Assembly (NCBI RefSeq): GCF_001447785.1
Contig: NW_015172003.1
Location: 1,372,708 to 1,436,707, forward strand
Origin: Gekko japonicus
Lineage: Eukaryota
DNA: 64,000 bases
Direction: 5' to 3'
Shown here: positions 10,401 to 21,729 of the stretch, one piece after another
Layout: every line of letters starts with the position of its first letter
How positions within the stretch are numbered: the stretch's first letter is position 1
Position numbers and translations under genes: made by a program
Notes under the pieces: generated by a model
Told to the model about the DNA's origin: nothing
The model's input: the letters and a program-made list of their open reading frames with translations, nothing else
Database searches by the model: none

Positions 10401-13400
10401 TTTTCCAAATGTTGCATGTACATTCATGGCATAAAGGCATTTCTGCTCTGTTTGAAGTGTGGTGTTCTTCATACAGAATCCCCCTTCCTGAACTAAAGGA
10501 TTCTGACAAGCTGGATAAGATAATGAATATGAAGGAAGCCACTAAGCGTGTGCGTCTTGGTCCAGACTGCTTGCCTTCTATCTGTTTCTACACGTTCCTT
10601 AATGCTTATCAGGTTAGTGTGCAGCATTGATCAGTGGCACTGTTCACAAAACACTTTTGAACTACGACTGCTGTGATACCTGCAGGAGAATTAAGACTCT
10701 GATAACTGTTTTTTTTTTTAAGTGAATGCTTCGTTAAATATTTGCTTTGCTTGAACTCATAAACCTGCAGACAATTTATATACACATTATAGCTGAGGCT
10801 AATTTTGTGGAAACCTTAAATATCAAAGGAGTATCACTGTAGGCAAAATAACTGAGAATCAAAGAAAACATATAGGGTAAATTATAGTTAGGATGAACTT
10901 CTCAAGTAAATTCTGAGAAAAGGGTTCATTACCACAAGAACGTCCTTACCTGGATAGCCCAGGCTAGACCAATCTCGGCAGATCTCAGAAGCTAAGCAGG
11001 GCTGGCCCTGGTCAGTATTTGGATGGGAGACCACCAGGGAATACCAGGGTCATGACATGGAGGAAGGAAGTGGCAAACCACCTCTGAACATCTCTTGTCT
11101 TGAAAACCCTATGGGGTTGCCATAAATCAGCTGTGACTTGACAGCAAAAAAAAAAATCATGGTCAGAATCAGGCTGTACGGTGACTTTAATAGAATATAG
11201 CCTTTGTACTCCCATATGTGTATACAATATAGAAAAAAATCATCGCCATTTACTTTTTACTTTTTTACCTGAGCCATTCGTATTATCCAGGAGCACTGTG
11301 TCCTTGTTCTTCTACTTTATATATGACTAGCCTGATACCTGTGCTTTGTTATGGTATTTAAGTTCCGTAAATCCAGTTATAATACTGATGTGAAGTCTGA
11401 AATGTAACATTTGTTGTAGGAATTCTAATGGAGAAGATTGCAGTGTAAGAAATGAAGTGAGACATACGTACTTTCCCCCCTCTCTACAGAAGGACCTCTC
11501 TCTAGACCACATTGGTGGTTCTGCCCTCAGGTGCTAGGATCACCAGGCTGCTTGATGAGCTCACTCTGGAGCAGGCCACATAGAACTGTCCATTTAAGAA
11601 GCAGTCGTCTGCTAAGTCAACTCCTGCTACCTTCCACGAAAGTGATGGCCTCTCTACTTGTGTTCCTGGATTGTTTTGCTCATATGGAAACTGTGTTGTT
11701 CTGAGCACCTCAGGGTGATCTTGCTGGTACTTGGCCTGTGCAGTTCAGTGCACTGCAGGAGTACTATGTGCAAATGTCTTTGCCGCATTCCTAAATTGCC
11801 TCCTCCTTGTAGCGTTGGTGTATCTGGCTCAATGTTTGCCAGGAGCTTTCTTGGGGGCAGTAAGAGGTGAGGGGGGAGTTGGTGTGAGGGAGTGGTGATG
11901 TAGTGGACATTTCTTCAGGTTCATGAAGGAGGCACACATCGAAATGGCTCCTAGAGATGTCCTTTACTATCTCCCCATAAACATTCATACCCTGGCCCTG
12001 CTCCTACACCTGACAGACACTGGCCTGTCTGGTTTTCGGGGGGATTGTATTTTAAGGCATTGGGGAGGCTGGGCCAGCAGCACTGCTAAGGCAATCCTGC
12101 TGAGCAAACCTCCCTGGCGGCTGTAAGCATCCCACCTCCTCTCCTACAGCTGACAGACAGCTGCCCAGTGTAGGACGGGGAGGGGGGAGGAGTATTAGAA
12201 GCTACTGTGGAGGCAGGGCTGGCAGGATCACTAAGGCGTTACTGCTGGGGCAGACTCCCTCGTAGTTTTAAGCACCCTGCAACCACTGCTGCACCTGACA
12301 GACAACTGCCTGTTAGGTGTAGGAGGTGGTGGGAGTGTGTTGGAAGCCATCCCACCTCCTCTCTTACACCTGACAGGCAGCTGCCTGTCCACTGTAGGAG
12401 GGGGAGGAGTATTAGAAGCCACTGTGGAGGTGGGGCTGCACCTGACAGACAACCGCCTGTTAGGTGTAGGAGGTGGGGGGAGTGTGTAGGAAGCCATCAG
12501 AGGCTGGGCCAGCAGCTTTGCTTCACCTCATAGGTGGTTCTTGGCCACTCCTGATTTCCTCAACTGTCATTAGCTCTCTACAGTCCCCTGTAACTGTTGG
12601 GTTTTCCCCCTCAGAACTAGGGGTATGCAAAAAAATAAAAAATTCGGCCCGATTCAGCAGAATCGGGCAGAATCAATTTCAGCCAGCATAAAGACTCCTG
12701 CATGTCAATTTCGGCCGTAGGAGCCATTCAGGAGTCTATGGGCCAGGGAATGTCAGTTTCAGCCCCATTATATCCTATGGGCCATTGAAGTCAATGGCAA
12801 AAACATAGGGTATATTCTGGGAGCTGGAGGGGAGGGGGTTTGAAGGAGAGGCTCCAAACCTGCAGGTTAGCTGCTGGAGTCTCTCCCCAAGATACCAACC
12901 AAGTTTCAAGAACATTGGACTAGGGGGGTCCAATTCTATGGGCCCTCAAACAGGTTGCCCCATCTCCTCCATTCTCTATGGTGGGGGAAACGTTACTTTC
13001 CCCCTACCATAGAGAACAATGGAGGGGATAGGGGCAACCTGTTTGGGGGGCCGTAGAATTGGACCCCCTGGTCCAATGTTCTTCAAACTTGGTTGGTATC
13101 TTGGGGAGAGGCTCCAGCAGCTACCCTGAGAGTTTGGAGCCTCTCCCTCAAACCCCCTCCCTCCAGCCCCCAGAATATACCCTATGTTTCCGCCATTGAC
13201 TTCAATGGTCCATAGGATATAATGGGGTCGAATTGCCGCCGAAATTTGGTGGCAATTTGGCGGCAAGCCGATTCAGATCAGAGAATCTGAATCTGTCTAC
13301 AGCAGCCCGAAAGGGGTCCGAATGGGCCATTTTCGGGGGTGCATTCGGTTCAGACGAACCGAATGCACATCCCTACTCAGAACACTGAGCTCTGCAGCTG

Positions 13401-16400
13401 ACCAATCAGAGAGTGGGGGGTTCAGAGAGGCAGCCGCCTGGTAGCTGCATAGGAATCAATGTGAGGAGTGCATTTCCCCCTTTTGACCCACTTAGGGGTC
13501 GAATTTCTACAAATCTCTTCTTAGTGAGTACCTACGCCATGGTAGGAGTGCTCTCCCCGAATTTGGTGTCTCTAGGTCCAGCGGTTTGGCCTGGGTGTTG
13601 ATTTTACGGTGAGGGGACTTTCTTTTATATATATAGATGATGGCTTGGATTCAGTGGAAGGATTTCCAAGAGTGGAAGGTGGAATTGATTTTTATCAGTT
13701 CCCCCCTCCTGTTACAAATTTCCATCTCCTCTTCTCCAGAGCTGTTCCTGGTGATCTCCTTTCCCACCAGAAGCAATACTTGGAGGGGCATTGGGGCTGC
13801 AGGCAGAGGGGGGCAGGGGATTTCTGTTCCATGGACAAACCCCCCTTTCATCTGCAGACATCTGCATTAGATCTAAGCCAGTGTCTGTCTAGTCATATGG
13901 AGGTTTCATTCTTGAGCTTTCTCATCCTCTGTTTTTTCCTCTGAGGAATAGAAATCACATGATAAAACCTCCTATACAATTATTTGTGTGGAGGCTGTGG
14001 ACCGTGGTGGGATGGTGGGGATCATACACTACATAAATGTCCAAGCTAACACAATGAACCAGGACTGTCTAATATAATGCTTATGCTATTAACTAGCTAT
14101 AGATAAATTTATGAATTTTAACAATGAATGATCAATAACTCATAATTATTTCATATATATCACATAATTATTGTAAGCATGCCTGCCTGTCCAATATTGA
14201 AATCTTAAGTATGTAAAACCAGCATTATGTATTCCACTGGATAAGTGTTGCTGTGAGGCTAAACTGGTGGGTCACTATATGTTCTTACAATGCAGCTTTA
14301 AGCAGTTACTCCCTTCTGTGCCCAGTGACTTCAATGGACTAAGGTGTAACTCTGTTTAAGGTTGTACTGTTAGCCAGTTTTATTACCTAGTCCAAGATAA
14401 TACAAGTTCTTAGGGGCTTACTCATCTTGCCCCCCCAACTGATGTTTAGCGTGTTCAGCATTCTGTGGTTTCTGGTGGGCAACAAGCATACTTCCCTCAT
14501 TTATTTTTCTGCATGCCTAGGAAGCCCCTTGAGTATGCAAGAATACCTGCTTTCACTGCCCTTCTGATGGAAGGAGTGATGCTTTGAGCAGAGGTTTCAT
14601 TGATAGTCTGTTGTGCGCATTGATCAAATGTAAGCATTATTATTAATGCTATAAATGTGCAAAGCTTTCCTTCAGCTATTTAAATTACAGGAGATCCACA
14701 ATATATAGATGGCGGGTAAAAATACAGTGCTGACCAGGAATCGTTTTCTGATGACCACATGATCTTGGTTTCCCAGCATGAAATATAGTTCCCTGAAGTC
14801 TCCATGCATTGCAGATAACTCTTGAGGAGAGGGGGGTGCTGGACTTCTTTGCCTAGTCTTTTAGAATACATAGAGTTGGGGAAGGAAATGGGCAAACTCG
14901 CACCACACTAGGCTTTGAAGACACTGAGAAACAAGAGATTCTCATGTTTCACAGTTTCTAAATTCTGATTTGAAGTGAGCGATTGAAATCCTCCCCTCTC
15001 AAGGCCTCCATACATGGCCTGTCTTGAGATGGTTGAGGTTGGCGACATCTGAAAGTAATGATTGGCTATCCAGGCCAATTAAAATTGTGGACTTCTTCTG
15101 CCTAAGTATAGCATAATTTGTTTTACACAAAAGGATTTGCTATGTGATAATTCCAACTCTGGGAAATGCTGGGAAAGATTGAAGGTCAAAGAAGACGGGG
15201 ACGGCAAAGGATGAGATGGTTAGACAGTGTCATCGATGCAACGAACATGAAATTGAGCCAACATCAGAGGACGGCGGAAGACAGGAGGGCCTGGCGGGAG
15301 CTTGTCCATGGGGTCGCAAAGAGTCGGACTCGACTGTGCGACTGAACAACAACAACAAAATTCCAACTCAAGTATTATTGGTGGCTAATTTTCCTTGAAT
15401 AAGAACACGTAATTTAAACAGTTCTATGTATCATTTATTATATTGAAAAACCTTCTTAAAATAGTACCTTTTGTATGTACAGGGCCTAACAGCAGTGGAT
15501 TTTACGGATGACTCTAGCATGATTGTAGGAGGTTTTGCTGACTCCACTGTCAGAGTATGGTCTGTGACACCCAAAAAACTACGTAGCGTAAAGTCGGCAG
15601 CAGGTAATATAATTCTTATAGGTTTAACTGATATAACTGACAACAACACTTGATCTTATATAGAAGAAAGACTACATATATGTTCTTAAGTTCTTAAGCA
15701 AATTGAAGGCTAGTGGAAATTTGGTGTGAGTATCCCTGATTTCAGTAAGGGGCTGTAGTGTCAAAATACTTGTTTTAAAAAGTTGCAGTATTTGCAGCAA
15801 AATGTGCTTGCACTTATGGAATTATTCTGTTGAAAAGTACTTAAAGTATTCTAGTGTTGATTGTACTTGCACTTCAGCAACTACAACTGCCAAGCTCTAT
15901 AAATGTGAACTTCAACTTTTTCTCCTCAGATCTCAGCCTCATAGATAAAGAATCTGATGATGTTTTAGAAAGGATCATGGATGAGAAAACAGCAAGTGAG
16001 TTGAAGATTTTATATGGTCACAGTGGACCTGTCTACGGTACCAGCTTCAGCCCCGATAGGTAAACATTTCTTAATAAAATAATAATAATAATGTTCAAAT
16101 AGAAAAAACAAAATATTAAAAAGGTGTCTTGTTGGAGACATTATACAATCTGAGTGTTTAATTCATTGTCAACATGGCTCCTGAGAAGAATGAATGGCTA
16201 TGTGAGCATCAGAAGATTATCTGTATCTCATTGGATACTAAAAACCATTACCAGTGTCACCTTATTTGAAACCTCTGTTCTTCAGTTAGGCTTTGTCCAA
16301 TATCAAACAGCTTAGAGTAAGCAGTATCATAGCATGTACTGATAGTAGTGTAACATGTGTTAAACCAAACATCTATGGCAAATATACCTATGTCCATGAA

Positions 16401-19400
16401 TCCCAAGTTCCCCTCTTGCTATAATTTCTGAACTTAAAAAATGTGTGTGTATGTAAATTAAGGAACTTGAAAGGTTCAAAGAAAGCCACATTTTCCATAA
16501 AACTAACTTTGCAGAAAGGCCAGTTGAAACAGACTGAGACTTAGAAATAAGATATGAATGGGGCAGTCTATATGTTGTTTTACCTAAGAGGTATAGTGGT
16601 TAGCGTCGGACTGGGATCTGGGAGACCCAGGTTTGAATCCCCACTCTGTCATAAAACTTCCTTGAGCCAGTCACACACACTCAGCCTAACCTACTTCACA
16701 GGGTTGTTAGGATAAAATGGAGAAAGTGATGTAAGCTGCTTTGGCTCCCCATTGAGGAGCAAGGGAAAATATTTAAAACTGCTTGTAGAAAACACGAACA
16801 AGAAGTAACACCTTAGGTATATGGTGAAGATGAAGAGTTCTTAAACTATTTGTCTACTATTATAAACATTTGGTTATCTTAACAATTTGTTACACATTTG
16901 ACACATGCTATGTAAGTATTACTATCAGTGCTACTCTGCAATATATTTTTGGTGTTCAGATTGTTACCTTCATATGGTGTTACTGTTCTTTTTGACAGGA
17001 ACTATTTGTTATCATCTTCAGAGGATGGCACAATCAGATTGTGGAGCCTCCTAACCTTTTCTTGTCTGGTGGGATACAAAGGACACAACTACCCTGTGTG
17101 GGACACACAGTTCTCACCCTATGGATATTACTTTGTGTCAGGTGGTCATGACAGGGTGGCTCGGTAAGAATCTACCAAAGCTTTTCATCTAGATATAAAC
17201 TTGCAAATGTCAGTGAGCTATAAATCTCATCTAGAATGTATCCTTTAAGTGACGATGCTTAATATCAGGCTAAAAATTAACACAAATTCCTTTTTTATAT
17301 AACTTTTCCTTTAGAAGAATTAGAAATTCCTTTAGCCTGTCCATGGTCATAAGTAAAATTTCAGCTAGCTACATGAAATCCTCAAAGCAGTATCTGTAAG
17401 TTCTTTAAAACAAGATTGGAAGCCCTTGTGAATCAAACACTGTTTACTAATAAAAGAGCAAGTAGTAAAGTTCTGTGTTCCTTGTAATGAAATGTTTTTT
17501 TTGCATTGGTTTCAGTTTGTGGGCTACAGATCACTACCAGCCTTTGAGGATCTTTGCTGGCCATCTTGCTGATGTCACGTGTACACGTTTTCACTCAAAC
17601 TCCAACTACGTTGCTACCGGCTCAGCAGATAGAACGGTGCGGCTGTGGGATGTTCTGAATGGGAATTGTGTGAGAATCTTCACAGGACATAAGGTAAATT
17701 AATGTCAGATTCATTTTAAAATTATTTAAGTTCTGTATGCAACCAGTGTAATTAAAAGTCAGGTAAAAACGGTAGCATTCCCTTGTAGTTATTCCCCCCC
17801 CCCATCCCTTTAAGCTTCTAAATATAGAAATAATTCTTGTGGAATAGGGATGTATTTATTTATCATATTTATACCCCACCCTCCCAGCCAAAGCCAGCTC
17901 AGCCGAAGCCAGATGGTCAACTAGTGGTGACGGACATCCTGCAAAGCACACCTTGTATTTCTTTTCTTCTTCTTCTTTTTTTTTTTTTTTTGGGGGGGGG
18001 GAACCTAGTTCCAGATTTGGAATGCAAGACACTAGCACCACTTCTTACCTGGAAGGGGCTGCCTTCATTTTGAGGGAGAGGCACTTGATAGGTGCTACTG
18101 AAGGTGCTACTGAAGGGAAAGATGGCAGAGCTGGGAGATTTGTACGTGGATTCTAACTGATGCTCCCCCTATTAGGAAATTAGGAGGAGAGCCCACAAGC
18201 TAAATAGCATGAATGTGCCCAAGTCTCTTACTCTGGAGAAATGTCTCCCACAATCAAATTCTATAGTGTGGTTGCAGATTGCAGTGGCTGGGGAGCTGGC
18301 ACGCCCATAGATCTACTACAGAGAGAAGTGAAGGACTTCCTGGGGACATCCTGCCTACACCTGAGCATCTTGGCAGGGAGAGTCTGGCCATCCAGTCTTA
18401 AGAAATTGACTGGTAGTGATTTAAGTAATGTGCTGCTGCAAACCTGCACATTTTTAGAGGGGTGTTTTTTGGTTTGGGTTTTTTTTTTTTGGTATTTTTC
18501 ATGTGTGTGTGCGTGTGCGCACACCTGGAAGTCATGGCGACCTCTGGTGACTGACCCCTACTGGGGGCCTGGAGGATATTCAGAAGTGGCTGAATAAAGC
18601 CTGCCCCTGCCTCCCGACTGCTTGGTATTCCAAGGAGGTCTCCCATCAAAGTACTTGCCAGAGTCAACCCTGCTTTGCATCTGAGATCTGATGAGATCGG
18701 GCTTGCCTGGGCTATCCAGGTCAGGGTGGTTTGACAATCTATTCCAAACCTGAAAGATCTTCTTTTCCAAAAGGTGGAAGGAGTAGAAATTTAGGCTGGG
18801 ATCAGTCTAGGATCCAGCTAGTTCTATGTACTTAAGAACATAAGAATACAAGAGAAGCCAATGTTGGATCAGGCCAGTGGCCCATCCAGTCCAACACTCT
18901 GTCACACAGTGGCCAAAAATACCAGGTGCCATCAGGAGGTCCAGCAGTGGGGCCAGGACACTAGAAGCCCTCCCACTGTTGCCCCCCCAGCACCACAAAC
19001 ACAGAGCATCACTTTCCCCAGACTGAGAATTCCTATCTATATCTTGTTACTAATAGCCACTGATGGATCTCTGCTCCATATGTTTATCCAATTCCCTCTT
19101 GAAGCCACCCATGCTTGTAGTTGCCACCACCTCCTGTGGCAGTGAGTTCCATGTGTTAATCACTCTTTGAGCTTGCATGTCTAAAATATTAGTTTTCCAT
19201 GCCACCTATCTAATCATTTCTGAAAATGAAGGAACTTCCTGAAGCAGTTTCAGACACAGCATGGAAAGTAACTGCTGAAACAGTAAAAACCCTACTGGGA
19301 CTCCAAGTCGTTATGCATGACTAAATAATATTTTGAATCTCAGTTGATGCTAATTGTAGGGCACTGGAATAGTAGGTGTCGAACACATGAACTTGCCTTA

Positions 19401-21729
19401 TACATGTCCAATTATTCATTTGTCAAAGTCACTATAATTGACTCGATGGCTGTGGCTCTCTTTGGGTAGAGGTTTTTCACATCACCTATTACATGATGCT
19501 TTTTAGTCACGATACTGGAGACTGAACCTGGTACTTTCTGCATGCAAAGCAGATGCTCTGCTCCTAAATCATGGTCTGCTTCCATGTGTATACATCTACT
19601 GTTGGCTATGCAGTAAAATTACATAATACTAGGGGCAAGTTTAAGGAGATGGATTCCAGGCAGTCTGGCAGTAGAACCTATAAACTGAGCTTGTTCACTT
19701 TGATAATGTTTGAAAACTGTTTTAAATCATGACTAATATATAGACATGAGTATTTAGATGCTAAAGTTTCATTCTGTAATAGTTTTACTTTTTTTGTTCT
19801 AGGGACCAGTTCATTCACTAGCATTTTCTCCTAATGGAAGATTCTTGGCATCTGGAGCTACAGATGGAAGAGTGCTTCTCTGGGATATTGGCCATGGTTT
19901 GATGGTAGGGGAGTTAAAAGGACACACAGATACAATCTGTGCACTCCGGTTCAGTAGAGATGGAGAAATTTTAGCATCAGGTATGTAAATCAAGATTTCT
20001 TGTTCATTGGGTCAGTAATAATGGCTGTTAGTTTGCGTGGAGAAAGAGCTCATATGAAGCCACCTAAGTTTAGAACACCAATTTGCCATTATGACCTTAT
20101 GTAGGTGTTAAGGCAAAATGGTTCCTCCTCCCAAGCCAGGATTCTAAACTGAAGTGTGATTGAAGGCTTCTGAAACATGGAGGCCTTCAATTGTGTTCCA
20201 CATGGGAAAAGGGGACACAAACATGGCAGCAAACTATATTTACACCCCATAGTTATGCAGGTTTGTGACATCTGAATGCAGTGCATAATAGGCTCACTTT
20301 TATATTAGGATGCCCTCTCTTTGTCTCTGATCTTGGATAGTGAACTTAGAAACAGTGTTGCTGCTCAAGGTCAGTGTATTCACCTTAAATTAGGGGTGTG
20401 CAAAAAACATATGGAACCCCCAAAAATCAGTATTTCTCAATATTCTGGAATCCCAATACCACTAGGATATTCAGATTCGGTAAATATTTAGGAAACACAA
20501 TTTTTTTCATCTCCATTGTACCCTATGGGGACCCTTATAGTCAATGGTCCCCATAGAATATAATGGAGAATCAATCCGAGGGTATCTGGGGCTCTAGGGG
20601 GCTGATTTTTGAGGTAAAGGCACCAAATTTATAGCATAGCTGCTGGCGCTTTCTCCTCAACCCCCCAAAAAATTTTTTCAAAAAGATTGGACCAAGGAGT
20701 CCAATTCTGAGGGCCCCAGAAGAAGGTGCCTCCATCCTCCATTGTTTCCAATTAAGGGGGAAAAGACATTTGAAGGGCTTATAGTCCCTTTAAATGACTT
20801 CTTCAAGCTGTGGGACTCCATGGTAAATGAACTCCGAAGGCATTCAAAAGGCTTGCAGTACCTTTAAACAACTCCAAGCAGTGAGTTCACCCAGAAGGCA
20901 TTTTAAAGGGACTGCAGGCCCTTTAAACATCTTGGGAGTTCACTGGCCACGAAGTCACATGGCTTGGAAAAGAAATTTCGAGGGACTGCAAGCCCTTTGG
21001 CTATCTGGTGGTCCTGAAAACCCTGAATATTTTTGGCGCTTGGCAATTTTGGATACTCAAAATACACCCCCAATTTAAAACCAGCTTTAAAGCTGTTTTT
21101 TTTTTGGCTTGGTTTATGCTGAATGCACACCCCTACCTTAAATTCTTGTGAATCCTGTAACACTACTCTGGGCTTTTAAAAAAATGATACTTACTGGTAC
21201 TCAGTATCTGCAACTTTTGGGAGGGGCTTTCCAAAGTCCTGATCCTCATGTGCTGGCCTGCCCCATTCTACCAGAGAAAGAATATATCCTCAGGAACAGC
21301 CTAGTTGGAATTTGCAGTGGAATGGGGGAATTGGTGGACCACTGGCATCATTTTTCTTACAAAAAAGCACTTGCACTAGTACTCCGAGAGACCTTGAATT
21401 TGACAACCTGATTGTTGTATTTAGTGAGATTATTGTATTTAGTGAATGGATTTACTTATACTGTGAGCTGATAAATGCAGATCCTGTTAATTTTGTCCCA
21501 TTTCTTATTAGGGTCGATGGATAACACAGTGAAGTTGTGGGATGCTGTGAAAGCCTTTGAGGACTTAGAAACAGATGATTTCACCACAGCCACTGGGCAT
21601 ATAAATCTGCCTGAAAGCTCTCAGGACCTGTTGTTAGGTACCTACATGACCAAATCAACCCCTGTCATACATCTCCATTTCACCCGTAGAAATCTGCTTC
21701 TTTCTGCTGGGGCTTACAGTTCCCAGTGA
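3825..21729 (+). CDS. TAF5: TFIID subunit 5 (LisH, NTD2, WD40 propeller), 11 exons, 791 aa
   Basis: Exons 3825-4359, 5675-5909, 6741-7056, 8697-8860, 10477-10612, 15483-15603, 15930-16059, 16999-17163, 17516-17693, 19803-19980, 21512-21729. All GT-AG, phases consistent, total 2376 nt. Peptides DRQTLLAVLQFLRR, EDQPDVSAVLSAYNQQGDP, GHSGPVYG, HLHFTRRNLLL match TAF5. Confidence 0.98.
7994..8401. mobile_element. hAT (Charlie-type) MITE
   Basis: Ends CAGGGGTGTC.../...GACACTCCTG; perfect 8-bp TSD CTCTAGAT (7986-7993, 8402-8409). Confidence 0.9.
9054..9613. mobile_element. Solo LTR (560 bp)
   Basis: TGTAACGA...TCGTCACA termini (TG..CA, short inverted ends); 5-bp TSD CCCTC (9049-9053, 9614-9618); internal AATAAA near 9388. 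Confidence 0.75.
9799..10002 (+). mobile_element. 5S rRNA-derived SINE
   Basis: 5S-like GCAGGGCTGACCCTGGCAAGTACTTGGATGGGAGACCGCCAAGGAATAC; about 19-bp TSD AGAAAAGTAGCATGTCAGG / AGAAAAGTAACATGTCGGG. Confidence 0.8.
10945..11155 (+). mobile_element. 5S rRNA-derived SINE
   Basis: GATCTCAGAAGCTAAGCAGGGCTGGCCCTGGTCAGTATTTGGATGGGAGACCACCAGGGAATACCAGGGT aligns to vertebrate 5S rRNA boxes A and C, followed by a non-5S tail (GGCAAACCACCTCTG...TTGAAAACCCT...GACTTGAC) and an A-run. Confidence 0.85.
11485..11640 (-). pseudogene. Helitron RepHel helicase C-terminal fragment
   Basis: KVAGVDLADDCFLNGQFYVACSRVSSSSSLVILAPEGRTTNVV*REVLL resembles the RepHel end motif F.HGQLYVA.SRV...T.N.VY.EVL; in-frame stop where Tyr is expected. 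Confidence 0.85.
12003..12500. repeat. Internal minisatellite of the Helitron
   Basis: Repeated CCTGACAGACAACTGCCTGTTAGGTGTAGGAGGTGG and CATCCCACCTCCTCTC.TACA.CTGACAG units in direct and locally inverted arrangement. Confidence 0.75.
12618..13375. mobile_element. Palindromic hAT MITE nested in the Helitron
   Basis: TIRs TAGGGGTATGCA / TGCACATCCCTA; perfect 8-bp TSD CTCAGAAC (12610-12617, 13376-13383); about 230-bp internal inverted arms centred on 12990-12995. Confidence 0.92.
15160..15358 (+). mobile_element. 5'-truncated BovB (RTE) LINE
   Basis: Encodes MLGKIEGQRRRGRQRMRWLDSV...AWRELVHGVAKSRTRLCD* (BovB C-terminus), (CAA)n tail, perfect 11-bp TSD AATTCCAACTC (15149-15159, 15359-15369). 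Confidence 0.92.
16590..16765 (+). mobile_element. tRNA-derived SINE (MIR-like/Squam3-like), degenerate
   Basis: GGTATAGTGGTTAG...GGGAGACCCAGGTTTGAATCCCCACTCTG...CTCAGCCTAACCTAC.TCACAGGGTTG; related copies near 26180-26470(-), 40265-40390(-), 41835-42050(-), 42405-42605(+). Confidence 0.7.
18520..18727 (-). mobile_element. 5S rRNA-derived SINE
   Basis: Reverse complement reads CCCTGACCTGGATAGCCCAGGCAAGCCCGATCTCATCAGATCTCAGATGCAAAGCAGGG...AGTACTTTGATGGGAGACC. Confidence 0.8.
18834..19170 (-). mobile_element. CR1 LINE 3' end
   Basis: AAGAACATAAGAA tail and TTGGATCAGGCCAGTGGCCCATCCAGTCCA are the reverse complement of typical reptile CR1 3' ends; related pieces near 36510-36700 and 45856-46060. 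Confidence 0.7.
20391..21135. mobile_element. hAT MITE (TAGGG-ended family, related to 12618-13375)
   Basis: TIRs TAGGGGTGTGCA / TGCACACCCCTA; perfect 8-bp TSD CCTTAAAT (20383-20390, 21136-21143); shares internal arm sequence (TCCAATTCT..GGGCCC..) with the 12.6-kb copy. Confidence 0.9.

Larger units (their letters stand above)
11327..13637 (-). mobile_element. Non-autonomous (internally deleted) Helitron with both termini
   Basis: Minus strand starts A|TCTATATATATAAAAG at 13637 and ends ...CCATAACAAAGCACAGGTATCAGG-CTAG|T at 11327; A/T target with no TSD; contains a PIF1-type helicase C-terminal remnant. Confidence 0.9.

Noticed and set aside
10946-10954. U1 snRNA-like 5' end (CTTACCTGG)
   Set aside because: Other family copies read CTGACCTGG, so the match is a single substitution with no further U1 similarity.
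10945-11050. 5S rRNA gene (also near 9800, 18600, 24640, 28360)
   Set aside because: The 5S 5' end is replaced, there are many substitutions, no poly-T terminator, and each continues into a shared retroposon tail; these are SINEs.
14285-14373. Short imperfect palindrome (similar ones near 29960-30035 and 40865-40950)
   Set aside because: Looks like a common decayed palindromic MITE; no clear TSD and no evidence of function.
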